A stretch of 64,000 bases of DNA from the human T2T-CHM13v2.0 reference genome, Homo sapiens. The stretch is from assembly GCF_009914755.1 (NCBI RefSeq), contig NC_060931.1, one strand, 5' to 3'. The notes beneath the pieces were generated by a model that saw nothing but the letters and a program-made list of their open reading frames with translations, was not told where the DNA came from and ran no database searches. This document shows, in pieces, positions 15,229-28,883 of the stretch. Position numbers and translations under genes: made by a program. Position 1 is the first letter of the stretch. Every line of letters starts with the position of its first letter.

Positions 15229-15728
15229 GTAAGTATATATTTTTTCTCCAAAAAAAGGTATTCTTTCTGTAGTCAATAATCATATTGTTTCATTTTCATT
15301 AAATTTCTCCTGGCTACTCAGTAGAAAATTTGGATAATATTCTCTATGCACAACAGCATAAATTTATATTGTTATGCTTTGTTAATAGTAGAAGCTTTTT
15401 TGAATGAACCATTTTGATAGAGTTTTCACTTACAGATTGTGTGGAAACAAAGGACAGGCTTTAAGAAAAGGAATATTTAGATGAATTTATTCTTGGTTAC
15501 CTTCTCTAATCCTATTCCAGGGAGTAAATTACTTGGAGTTTCAGTTTCTTCTTTTGGTTGTTAGAGTGGTGTAAGTGACTATGAAGTGTGTAGCTTTGCC
15601 CTATTGAGCTTATATCTCAAGCTGTGGTAGTTTCATGTTGGGGTCAAAAAAAGAGATGTGTGAGGAAGCTGATAACCATGTCTGTGCCCTACTTTTAAAA
15701 AATTTGTCATTATTGAAGATCACAATTA

Positions 15729-16533
15729 CATCATATGTCACTTAGCAATGGGGATACATTCTAAGAAATGTGTCATTGGGCTATTTCCTCATTCTGTAAA
15801 CATGATTGAGTGTACCTACATAAACCTAGATGGTAGAGCCTTCTGCACACCTAGGTTATGCGGTCTAGCTATCGCTTGTAGGCAGTAAACCTATACAGCA
15901 TGTTACTGTATGGAATGTTATAGACAGTTGTAACATAATGTTAAGTATTTGTGTATCTAAACATAGAAAAGGTGCAGTAAAAATACAGTGTAAAAGATTA
16001 CAAATGGTATATCTGCATAGGGCACTTGGTGTGAATGGAGCTTGCAGGACTGGAAGTTGCTCTGGGTGAGTCAGTGAGTGAGCGGTGAGTGAATGTGAAG
16101 GCCTAGGACATTACTGTACACTACTGTGGACTTTATGAACACTGTACACTTAGGCTATACTAAATTTACTTTTTAAATTTATCTTTAGTAAACTTATTTT
16201 GCTGTAACTTTTATAATAAATTTTTAAAAACTTTTTGATTCTTTTGTAGTAACACTTAGCTTAAAACACAAACACATGAACAGATGTACAAAAATATTAT
16301 CTTTATAATCTTTATCCCATAAGCTTTTTTCTATTTTAAAAGTTCTTTCTTTTTTCACTTAAAACTTTTTTTTGTTAAAAACGAAAACATAAACTTACAC
16401 ATTAGCCTAGGCCTATTCAGGGTCAAGATCATCAAAATGCTACCGGGCAGTAGGAATTTTTCAGTTCCTATGGGCCACCATCATATATGCAGTCCCTTGT
16501 TGACTGAAATATCATTATGCAGTGCATAGCTGT
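15729..16533. mobile_element. Tigger3b/MER7 (Golem) DNA transposon
   Basis: atggggatacattctaagaaatgtgtc...aacctagatggta...gttgactgaaatatcattatgcagtgcat. Confidence 0.8.
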
Positions 16534-17944
16534 ATTACGAAACCATTTTAAATAATGTGCATTTGTAGCTCGGTGTTATCTACCATTAGACAATAATCCT
16601 GACGGATCAACTATATAAATACATAATACAAGTTCTCAAAGTAGCTGTGGTGTTTTCCATAGTGGTTAACATGCTTTATCATGGAATAGAAAAATGTCCC
16701 TTCTTAAATATTTAAAATACAAGATTCTGTTTGAGGTAAGCCTCAATACATGAACAGAAGGAAGGCTTTTTATCTCTTTTTAGCAAAATGTTTATTGAGC
16801 AACTTTGGCACAAAAATGTAAGGATCCATCATAGTGAATATTGTTCATAAAATCCTAATTCACTTTAAACTCATTCTCATTAATGATGAATGTTTTAACT
16901 CATTAAAAGAAACACATACACAAAGCTACTGATAATTTTGTATATTAAAAGAAAATATACAAAATATACAAAAAATATATGTACTTATACAATATATTTT
17001 TTAAAACATTTGTTATGTTGTCGATATAAGGAATTGTTTAATTGTTCCCATGTCTCAAATGTAAGGCTTTTTAAAGTAGTGCTGTTGGATGCAGGTAAGA
17101 TAATTCAGAGAAAAATAGTAAACTTTACAGTATCATTAAGTTTTTTTCCGCATACACAAAATTCTGTGTAGATACGTGAGTTAAACTATATCCCAGGTGA
17201 AAACATAAATAGTAGAATTCTACTGGAAATATATCTCTTAAAGAGAGGAATCATACCATACTTTTTCTATGCGAATAAGAAAAGAAATGTTTGCATTGCT
17301 AAAAAGCAAATTGCCCCAGGAGCTAGCATAATATTTTATTTTATGTTAATAATAAGTAGGAAAATAAACATTTGAGAAGATCAAGCCAACTAGGGAATGG
17401 CTGTAATTGGAATAGATATTTGATATGATTTGATAAATTAGATTGTTACTACTTCATTGAATAACACATACTGAATCTGAAAGAAATCGCTTAGAAGTTT
17501 ATCTATTGGTTGTATCTTACATTGTCTTGAAAATGTTAGCAATTTCAAAAAATATTTTTGTTAAATTTTTCTTTAAAAGTCATTAACAACTTATGGTGCT
17601 TTAGCTGATGTAAGGTGCTTTTCCTCATAGCTCAGTACATATCCATGAATAACTGAAAAGAAAGACTAATGTTTAAGTAAGTGAAGTAAGCAGGTATGAG
17701 TTAGGCTTCTTTTAATGTTCTTTTTGTATTGCTCTCATGCGACTCTCCATAGCAATGTATTCTTTAACAGTGGTAGTGGGGAGGGGTTGAGAGTTGCAAG
17801 AATTTTGGAATGGAACATGAACCTATTGAAAATTTATAGTTAAATTGATCTTTGGCAATGTATGCTTCACAAAGTGCTAATCACACTTTGGTTTTAGAAT
17901 ATAAGCTAAACTTTTTAAAGATGTTAGACATTGAATAGTAAAAT

Positions 17945-18150
17945 ACATTCATGTGCCACATAACGATGTTTTGGTCAATGACTGACTGCATATATGACAA
18001 GATCCCATAATATTATAATGTCTATACCATAGAGCCTAAGTGTGTAGTAGGTTATACTATCTACGGTCATGTAAGTACACTCTGTTGTTCACACAATGAC
18101 AAATGAATTTCTCTGAATGTATCCCCATTGTTAAGCAGTGCATGACTGTA
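17945..18150. mobile_element. Tigger3a-like fragment
   Basis: catgtgccacataacgatgttttggtcaa...atccccattgttaagcagtgcatgactgta. Confidence 0.7.
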
Positions 18151-20364
18151 GATCAATTTATCTTATATTTAAATTTTCTGAGGTAGTTTTGGGCAAACTG
18201 TAGAGGCTATTGAAACATGAAATAAAAATAAAAATTAAAAATACATGTGTAGATGTCTGAAAATGTGCCTTTCTGTTAATAGCCCTGGAACAATTCTATT
18301 TTAGAGGGACTTAAAACAAGAATTAGATGCGTTGTTTAAATCTGAAGAATAGCTGAACTTGTCCAGTCAGCTATAATTTGTCTCAAGGTTAGATCTGGAG
18401 AAGCGGATGCTGTTCTTAGCAGCTATCCAGTAATTACCTGTTTCTGACAAAGAACGTATGGAGCCATCAAAGTACTTCTTAACTCCTTAGAGAATATATC
18501 TTGCATCCCTTATGGAGGGTAGTGGGTGGCTGAAAGCCACAGAAAGGGTAGCCTCTCAAATCAAAGGAAATTCAGCAAGGGTCTGTAAAGGAAAGGGGAG
18601 AAGAGTTGGTCATATCAGATTGCTGATCTCTTAAAGGAAGTGATTCCCAATAAGAGGAGGGCCATCTTGTTAAACTTCCTTCTTGAACTTTTATCTGCCT
18701 CCTTTTTTCTTGATCTTCTTTGTACCTTTTACTTAAAATCACATTTGATTGGTGACTCTTTTTCAGAACTGATGTCTATCATTGGTACCAATTGTGACAA
18801 TAGATACCTTGCTCCAAGTTGGGGCACACCCTAGTCTCTCTTTCCCTTATGTTAATTTATTTTTCTGTTCTCCATAGCCTTTTCCATCAGTCATCTTGGG
18901 AAAACTTTATAAGTAAATGACTAAAAATACAGGTTCCAAAGGCAGATCCTCAGAATTCTTCATACAAGAGTTTTCATTGATCTAAATAGAAATAAAGACA
19001 ATTTTCTGAAAATTTCAAGTTGTTTCAAAAAATTAAACTTATTTAGTTATATCTTTTACTCTTTATTCAAGTGTCCTTTCATAAAATTATAATGATAGTA
19101 GTTGGAGTTTTGTTTATGTTTGGTTTTAATACTCTTACTTGGCAAAACAAGATGTTGGCAACCATTATTACTCAAAATTTTTGGAAATTTTTATTGATCT
19201 TTCAAGTTATTTAAGTGAAATTCCTTTGGAAAGTTTTGCACATAGTGACCTACTAACCACTGGAGCAAAAAAGTATGTAAATCTACTTGCTTAATGTATT
19301 CTTTAGGAAAGACAACCACACATAATTTAAATGAAACATGATTGTTTTTTATTATACTCCAAGGGTGGGTCACATGTAATGCAGCAAAGTAGAACTTGAC
19401 TAGGTCATCCTTCTGTGGTGGCTGTAATTCTCTTATTGGTCACATGAAGGGGTGTGGCTTGCAGGAATTTTAACCTTATAAAGACAATCCTAGAAGGAGC
19501 TAAATCTTTGGGGATTTAGTTTCATATTCGGGTTATGTTGTAACCATTTTCTTTTGCTTGTTTTACTAGGCTTTTTTCATTTCTTTGGGTTTTTAATTTC
19601 GCTGATAGGTTTATAAGCTTTACTACTATATGTGTGTGTGTAAGAGTTTCCTATTTAAAAGCAGGCAGGCAATGATATAACTTAAATGGTTTTTCCAGCT
19701 GTTTAATAAAAGGTTTTACTTGGAAAAAAATAGTAAATGTGAAGACAAAAAGTGATTTCCCTATATTTTCTGCCTTGTAAGCATAATTCTTTATTTCAAT
19801 TTTCTAAAAATTCATAAAGATGTCTAGAAGTGAGGTGTTAATTTACAAATTAAAAATGTAAAATATTTTTACTGGTGAGAGACTTCAAAAAATTCATTTT
19901 AAATATGCATGAACATTTTTTCACAGTATTTGAGTATGTTCGGTCAGATTATTTTTACAAGCCTAAAAACTTACAGTATCTTAACTGTTAAATATTGCAA
20001 ATTTCTTTTAGAAAGTACACACATTTAGCAGGTTTAGAACTTTGAACAGACTGTCAGAAGATAATTGCACAGCATATTTATTTTCATAGTGATTTAGTGT
20101 AATGATTACAAACATAATTTGGGAAATAAATTAGCTTTAGCGAATTTTACTGTAAATTTTTTATTTATGGCACATACCTTCATAATTTAATTGTGAAAGC
20201 TACGCATTTGCCTTCAATTGAAGCTTTTAGCATGCTTTACTTTTAATGTGCTAAATCGCTAATTTTTGTTCCTTTAGATATGATACAGTTGAAGGCATGT
20301 AAGGCGGGGAATTGTTTTTCCAAAGACATAGTAGTTTTACTATACAGGGATTTTTAATACTTAA

Positions 20365-20680
<316 letters not shown>

Positions 20681-21267
20681 TAAAAGAAGATTTTGAAACA
20701 TCATTGAATGTTTTCTCTGCAGTCTCTTATTTTCCCCTTGTAGTTATTTAAATAATAATTTAGGTAGCAAAATTACCTGCTCCTTCCCAAGGATAAAGTA
20801 AAATAAACATTTTATAGATGAGTTATATAAGTAGGAGTAGATATTTAATTATATCTGATTTCTAATTTAATGTACTTACAATCACAATTATATTGTTGAA
20901 TAATCTTAAGTTGCTTAAATATGCATATTCGGTTACTTAAGATTAGCAATTAATCGTTTTTAGATTATTTATTTTCTAGAGCCTAAAAAAGATTTTTGGG
21001 GTGTTAGGGGACAGTGGGAATTATAGACTCTTTGAAAATGTAACAAAAGCTTTGGACCCTTTCACTGGAAGAATGCTGGCAAACACATTTGGTATGCTGT
21101 TTCAGGGCAGTCACTGACGTTGTGTGTGCTCAGATCAGAGGCAACTATATTAAAAAACACCTGCCATTAATATGAGAAATATATTATTAAGAAGGATCTC
21201 ATCAACTTTTAACCAAAAAAAAAAAAAAAAGATATTTACACTTGAAAATGTATTTCAGCTGACTCCA

Positions 21268-21521
21268 CTTTTTTTGTTTTTTTTTTTTTTTGGAGACGGA
21301 GTCTCGCTCTGTTGCCTAGGCTGGAGTGCAGTGGCATGATCTCCGCTCACTGCAAGCTCCGCCTCCCGGGTGCCACCACACCCAGCTAATTTTTTGTATT
21401 TTTAGTAGAGATGGGGTTTCACTGTGTTAGCCAGGATGGTCTCGATCTCCTGACCTCGTGATCCAACCGCCTTGGCCTCCCAAAGTGCTGGGATTACAGG
21501 CGTGAGCCACCGCGCCCGGCC
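21268..21521 (-). mobile_element. AluY-like with internal deletion
   Basis: gcaagctccgcctcccggg joined directly to tgccaccac; TSD tcagctgactc. Confidence 0.88.
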
Positions 21522-22462
21522 TCAGCTGACTCGCTTTTAAAATGCAGGTTCTTGTTCTAAGTTAATATGTCTGGTTACTTTCATTTTCAGAACTTTTGAT
21601 CCATTGCTTAATTGGAAAAGTATATGGCAGGTTTGCATGTAGAAGTAAGTTTTCTTTCAGTGAAGAAATATCCTTGAGTTAAATAACATTTTATTCTAAT
21701 TTACGCAATTGCGAAAACAGATCATCTTAATTAAGAAAAACTGATAGCCAGTATTCTGTCTTGTTTTGTTTTTAGCATTTTCACTCTAGCTCTCTTGCCT
21801 GCTTCCTTTATAGAAAAGATTGCTGTGATGGTTAGAAATATTTAGCCAAATAAGGAGAAAAGACACCATAATAAGAGTGTGTCAAATCAGGGTTAAAAGT
21901 TATGGGTGAAATCCAAGGTCTGGTTTTTGTTTTTAAGCCATGAGTTAATTCTTTTCTTAAAATTAGTGTATTACAATAAAATTTACCCATTTAAAATATA
22001 AACCTTAATGGTCAAAGCCTGTTTTTATGGAAACAAAACAAGCATGCTTTATTAACAAATTCAAAGAAGGATCTACCTCATTTAATTTGTCCCAGGGTAT
22101 TGAATAATTTTCAGAGACTCTCAAAGCTAAGAGCCCACTTATCTTTCTGCTCCTGGGCTGAAAGCACTAGGTAATTTGGTATTCTCTTGTGTCTCTGTGA
22201 GTAAGTATATTGGCCTTAACATAAATCCCACCTGTAAATATATCTCAGTGTGAAAAATTTTGAACACAATTGTCCAAAGAGATTTGAGTCCATGGACTTT
22301 AACATCAACAGAGTGAATATTTTTTTTTTATTTAACTATGCTTATGTGTATATTCTGGCATTTAAAAAAATAAAATATTTGCTTCTGATTATCTCTAAAG
22401 TATGTGTGTGTGTGTTAAATCATTGAATTTAAGACTGAAATATTTGAGTTAAGTGGAATTAA

Positions 22463-22763
<301 letters not shown>

Positions 22764-23360
22764 AAGTGGAATGAATTTTCAAGAGCACTGAAGTTACTAT
22801 AAGAGGCCTAGAAATATTCTGTATACCTAAATAGTGCTCTAGGTATTGACTAGTAGTGATTTCCAACGTATCAGTTCAGTTACCAAAATAAATAATAATA
22901 TTGTTCATTTTTGTGGTGTTAGTAGCTGTCTTAGAAGAGATTGTAACACTTGAAATTTTGGTAAAACTAAAAATACTCTACATACATTAACTTCATTACT
23001 CATTTCCTGTTTTTCATGTTAAAATGTTGTTTAAAGAACAAAATTAAATGATTTTCTTCTGATATTTTATTCTGTAAATGTATTTTGGGAATTTTTTCCC
23101 TCATTTTCCTTCTACAGTTTATTTGGTATGTCATCATCCTTAGATTTGATATGTAGTAGGTTTAGAGAACATCTTTGCTTTTTACATTTTTTTCATAAGT
23201 TTTATATATGAAATATCACAGAAAGAAGTTCTAGGTTATAAATATATTAATAATGGCATATATACATATATAGCATCTCTGTTTTCATCAAACTGTTTCA
23301 TATTTCTATTATAATTTTTATTCACAGACATTTAATGATTACCCTTAATATTCGTGACAG

Positions 23361-23496
23361 GAGCCCTCTGGCACAAATGGAAGAAGAAAGAAGGGAGCAA
23401 GTAGCTAAAATTAAGAAGATGGAGATGGAGATGGAGCAGGTGTTTGAAATGAAGGTCAAAGAAAAAGTTCAAAAACTGAAGGACTCTGAAGCTGAG
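23361..23496 (+). pseudogene. SEPT7 exon 12 equivalent (open frame)
   Basis: gacag|G AGC CCT CTG...GCT GAG|gtaatc. 136 bp; [45 protein letters not shown]. Confidence 0.95.
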
Positions 23497-24359
23497 GTAA
23501 TCAGTCCAATATTCCAGCTCTTAGCAGACATTGTGTTCCTTTTTAAATAGTATCTTCAGTAAAATTTATAGATAATATAACCTTCTTATACATATTTTTT
23601 AGAAATTAATACCCTAGCGTAACAAAATGGAGAAATTTCTAGAAGCAAGCCCTGTTTACAATAAAATAATATAGACTTCAATACATAAGTGCTTGGACAT
23701 AGTGTATTAGGTAGGACAGCATAGTAGAGTACTTACAATGAATTATTAAAGTTATAATGAACAAGTGTGAGTTGTGAAAAATAAAATTATAAGCCATTCC
23801 ATACAGGTGGCATAAGAACACTAAAGATGAGAGTTTGGGGGTGGATTTATGCACAAAAACTAGTGCTAGGATAATAATAATTGACCAGACTTACTTGTGT
23901 ATGAATGAAAAAGAGGGAAATAACCTTTATTGAACTAAAGACATGCCTGGATAAATTACACACAGTTAAAGGAGAGAAAATTAGGGAATGTGATATTTTT
24001 GTTAACAGGTTGGCCTTCTTTATTTATAATGTAGTGTCAAGGTAGTTCCTGGTGTTACAACATTGGGCAGGGTAATGACAAAACATCCCAGCAGACATAT
24101 CTACTATCTTGAAACCCTTCTAGATGTCGAGTTATACATTTAGTTTCTATTAATCAAAAAGACCTTGGAGACATTTCCTTCAGTAGGTGGCAAGAAAGAA
24201 AAGATGGAGAAAAGGATAAACTTAACATAAGAATCCATAGAGCAGTAGTTTGATAGATATCTGAGAATAGTAGAAAAAAAATTGGGTAATCCCAAAATAA
24301 ATCAGTGATTTCAGTATGAAGTTTTCTCAACATAAATCTGTTATAATTAAAAATTACAG

Positions 24360-26135
24360 GCCCTTGGGAAGCGTGGAGTCTGGGACGCCCAGCGCGGGCC
24401 CGGAGCAGGGGGAAGGGAAGCGCAGCTCGGTCCGCGTGGGTGGAAGGGACGTGAGGCCGCCCTAAGGTGGTGGTCAAGGAAGGGCTCTACGGCTCCCAAG
24501 CTAGGCCAAACGCCTCCGGCGGCCGCGCCCAGGCGCCCCTTCCCCTGTGGGGCAACCCTAGCCGGGGACGCGTGAACCACCTCCGTAGCCGCCCCGCCAG
24601 CACCCCCAGCCGTGCGCCCCTGCACCACGCAGCTGCCCTGCGCATGGAGCCCAGAGGGACAGCAGGCCCGGCCCCCAGCACCACCGGCCTGCCGGGAGGT
24701 TCGGGAAACTGGCGTCGCAGCGGAGAGGGCATCAGGCCAACGCCTCCCCCGAGGCTCAGCTGCGGGCTCCCAGGCGTAGGCACCCACGGCCCTTACGCTG
24801 ACCGTAGCTTGGACGCCGCTGCCGCCGGGGTCCAATGCCGGTCATGCCCATCCCGCGGGGGTTGTGCTCCTTCCATGGTCCACACACCACCTGCCTGCAT
24901 GCGGTCTGTGGGCCCGTGGGCGCCTCCCACCTGGCCCGCACCAAGTACAACAGCTTCGAGGTGTGCATCAAGACGCGCTGGCTGTAGGGCTTCATCCACT
25001 TCCTGCTCTACTTCAGCTGCAGCCTGTCACTGGGGCACGCTGGCCGCCTTCTTCTGCCTGCAGTACTTGGGCGTTAGCGTCCTCCTGTGCTTCCAGCACA
25101 AGCTGTGGGTGCTGCTGCTGCTGCTGGGCCGCTGGCGCGTGGAATTCCGCCTGGTGAACGAGCTGCTCATCTACAGCATCCACGTCACCATGCTGCTGGA
25201 TGGGGGCCTGGGCTGGTGCCTCATGGTCTTCGTGGACATGTGAGGGCCGTGGGCGCGAGCTTGATGTATCGTCCCGGCCTGTGGCTGTGTCCTCTCCATG
25301 GGTGGGATCGGCCAGGGCCTTCCCTTCCGCCCATCCCGCAGGCAGTCGCTGCTGCCCGGCGCCCATGGAGAGTAAAGAAAGGGCTAAGACTTCCGTGATG
25401 GTGCGAACGCCGTCCCTAGGCTGGCTTCCTGCGCCCACCCTCCCCGTGTGCACTCTCAGGGGCGGCGCCCACCTGCTGGTGGCTCCTGCTCCCACGTCTT
25501 CAGGTCGTACTGCGGGGTGGGCCTCTCTCCAGGACCACAGCTGCCAGGGACTTTAGACATCACCCTGGGAGGCCGCTGGACACAGAGGGCTGTGTGCCCA
25601 GGAGCAAATCCAGACGGGGGGGGCCCGCCTGGCTGCACAGCCCCTTCCTGCGTGCCCTGGTCCCAGCCGCAGCCAACGGGACACGGAAGACTCCCCTCCC
25701 TGACACACCACACTGCCACAAAGCTGCTTACTCTGCCCTGGGCCGCCTGAGGCCTGGCACTGCCCGCGGACCACCCTCTGTGTCTCACCTGAGGGGCTGT
25801 GTGGGTTCTGAAGCCCCAGCCAGCCTTCAGGGTCACCTTGGATTGTGTAGATGCAGTCTAGCAGGGGGCCGGAGTGGGGCTCAGGTGGGAGGGGTCTCAG
25901 CAGGCTCCCAGCTCGGGCTGGCCTGGGGGAACCCCGGGAGCCAGGGGCCAACTCCAGCAACACTGGCCTGTCTGCCTGTTCCTGTAGGGCTGTATGTCCT
26001 GCAGATGCTGTGGATTTCTGGGGAGGAACCTCCATTCCTTTCTGGCTTTTTTTGCGGGGGAGGACTTTGGGCCTCTTTCTTTGAGGGAACACCCTCAAAG
26101 AAAGCCTGGGAGATTGAGGCTGCAGTGAGCCAGGA
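24360..26135 (+). pseudogene. TMEM250 (C9orf69) processed pseudogene; CDS-like part 24835-25243
   Basis: ATG at 24835 gives MPVMPIPRGLCSFHGPHTTCLHAVCGPVGASHLARTKYNSFEVCIKTRWL* (TAG 24985-24987). An 11-bp net deletion follows, then WGTLAAFFCLQYLGV...GGLGWCLMVFVDM*. GC-rich block starting just after a TT/AAAA site in an AT-rich intron. Confidence 0.9.
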
Positions 26136-27759
26136 TGGGGACTTGCGCGTCCGAGTGTCCGGAGCAGGCGGCAGAGGCTTCAGTGTGGCAACCACAGCCC
26201 CGGAGCTTGTGTGGCACCAGCAGCGTCTTAAAGCCTCGGGTATATGCTGAGAACTACTCTTTGAAGGATGGAATGTTAACATTTAAAGGACCCGTGAAGA
26301 GCTCTGGGCCAAGTTCCCACTAATACTCTAAGCCATTAGAGAATTAGGCATGCTCATTCTAGATGCTTTGTCTTTTATGAAACCACATCTAGAGTGTGTT
26401 TACCAACATCCCTGTGGTAATGAGTTTGCAAATCATCATGTATATGATACATGTAAATACATAAATAGGTAAAGAAACCCTTTTAGCCTTAATACAGTTT
26501 CTCCTTAAATTCATTATGCTGGAAATATTTGGGGCACAGCCAGCAGCACAGTACATCAGCCACAGCACCAAGCAACTTTCATTTATTGTGTCATCTAGTG
26601 CACACCACAGCCCTACAAGGATATTATTGCCCATCTCCCCTTTATAGATGAGAAGAAGGATAAGTTAACTTAGTATGCCAGCATTTAAACCCAGTTAATT
26701 TTTAGGTTTGCTGTTAATTGCTAGATAGGTCTACAGTCCTGTTTTTCACAATTTCAGAATGGAAAAAGCTCTGAAAACTGCAAAACCTAAGATGAACTAA
26801 GTTTTAATCCTACATATTGTGAATATTTATATATTTTACTGAAAAAAATAAAAAGTAATGTGTTTGATTATGTTTGTTGCCCCAGATAGCCCAGGAGGTA
26901 TTTTATAAACATATACTCCTTTCTAAGCAGTGTTGTCATTTTAATAACAGAAAAATGTTGAACTTTGAAAGGCATCTGACCCCATGGGTTTCTTAAGAGT
27001 GAGATTGTGACCTATACCTTTATCTACATGCAGTTAACACAAAAGATAATTACTTACATATGACATAAATGTAAGTTAAGGAATGATGAACACTGTAAGC
27101 CCCACCACCAGCTTAAAAAAATAGAATGTTATCAACTCATTTGAAGACCCTGTGTGCCTGTCCCCTATTGTATCCCTCTCTCTCCATTCCCAGAGGTAAC
27201 TACTATTCCGAATTGTGTATATGTGGTTCCCTTGCATTTAAAAAAAATAACTAGAGACACTTTCTTATGTTCCTACTTTCTGACATTTTCTTAGTAACTT
27301 GTTTGCTGTCATCAGGAAGATTTCACCTGATTTGACTCATGTTTGCTTAAATGTGTCTTACGTGATTTTGTTTTGTAGGAATTGCATGAAATAATTGAAA
27401 TAGGAATAAATCTGAAGTCACTTCGGGCTTGCAAAAAAGAAAACAAATTGTATGCAAAATTATATTATAATCCAAATTCAAGATGTTAACTCACCAATGT
27501 AGTAAAATCTATAACAGAACATAATTCCTGGATAACTGAAGGTTTTGAATAGCCCTTGGGTATTTGGCATAGTAGGATTTAATCTGATTTTTAAAATTTG
27601 TTGACTTTTTTCAGAAATGGATTGACTTGCGCCTAAATGAAATTACTTATCTAATGATCTCTTGGACGTAAAGCTCTTTGTTTCTTCAGTTATTTTGCAT
27701 GAGTGTTTCCCACCTCTCAGTCAGCATTCTTTACAGCATTAATACACAGCAGAGGAAGG

Positions 27760-28883
27760 ACCACCTGCATTAGAATCACTGTAACTTGTTGAAAATCCAC
27801 ATTTCCAGACTTAACACCCAGATATTCTTTTTTTTTTTTTTTTTTTTTTTTAGTTGCACCAAAGGCGGATCCTAGCTAAAAAGGGCCCGCGCTGCAGATT
27901 CAATATAAAAACACAAAAAGTCCCACCAGTTTAGTAACAAAAACCCCAAAAGTGAAAACTGAGGGGGCAGAGGAAGAGACCCCGGGCCAGGGGCACGAGG
28001 AGCCCTGCTCATGGCACCAGGCCTGGCCGTAGGGTCCCCCAGTATTGCTGTTGCTACGAGGTCGGGGGGCAGCTATTGTCCTGTGGCAGCCACCGTTTGC
28101 CTGGGTCGGGGACCCTCATTTCTTCTGGGGTGTGCTCAGCTTCTGCATGCCCCAGATCTTGTCCAGGAGGCCAGAGACGAAGGCCTCTGTGGGTGTGTAA
28201 CAGTCAACCAGCAGCTCCTTGACCCTGGCAGCCCAGGCATCGTCAGTCTCCATGTCCAGGAGCTCATCCACATCAATCTCCAGTTCTGGGATCTACTCTT
28301 CCTGGCAGTCGCAGAGGCACGTGAGCTGCTCCAGGATCCACTCCTCTAGGTTGAGGCGCTTCCGTAGCTCCTTGCCGTCATACTTGACGGTGACCTTCCC
28401 TTGGCGCCTCACTGGGCTGTCTCCTGCGGCCCCAGAGGGGCTCTGAAAGTAGACGCGTGGTCCTGGGCCGCCACTGCCCGGCCCGGGGGCCAGGGCCGCC
28501 AACGCAGCGCCCCCGCGCGGTGCCGCTGTCCGCCTTGGCGGCCGCCGGGACCACGAGCACGCGTCGGGCCGTTCCCTGCGCCGCCGCCTTCGGGAGGCCG
28601 GCCGGCTGGCTCTGGTTAGGTCCCCGGCTCCTCTCCATGCTGCTCGGCGGCGAGGGCAGCGGCGGGGGCACCCGGGGGCAGCTGCAGCATGCGGAGCCCC
28701 CGGGCAGGGCCTGGCCGCGCCCCGCTCCCTCCCCGCCGATCCGCCTGCCCTTTGTCCCCGTGACCGCCACCCCTTAACACCCAGATATTCTAATTCAGTA
28801 CATCTGAGTGAGGTCCAGGATTCTATATGTTTAACAAACATCCCAGGTGATTTGAATGAAGACCAGTGTCTGAGAACCACTGC
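27760..28883. mobile_element. MER5-type hAT element split by the PPP1R14B retrocopy
   Basis: cctgcattagaatcact...cttgttgaaaat on the left; ccaggattct...ttaacaaacatcccaggtgattt...tgagaaccactg on the right. Confidence 0.6.
27829..28772 (-). pseudogene. PPP1R14BP4: PPP1R14B (PHI-1) processed pseudogene; CDS-like part 28116-28536
   Basis: Intronless GPGPRVYFQS...RRQGKVTVKYD.KELRKRLNLEEWILEQL...STPQKK*. Poly(A) appears as poly-T at 27829-27851. 19-bp TSD cttaacacccagatattct at 27810-27828 and 28773-28791. Start ATG>AAG, +1 frameshift, 8-codon deletion, TAG at 28293-28295. P4 suffix recalled, unverified. Confidence 0.92.

Noticed and set aside
24154-26323. Overlapping 100-218 aa ORFs on both strands
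   Set aside because: Stop-poor GC-rich retrocopy UTR sequence; only the TMEM250-frame segments have homology.
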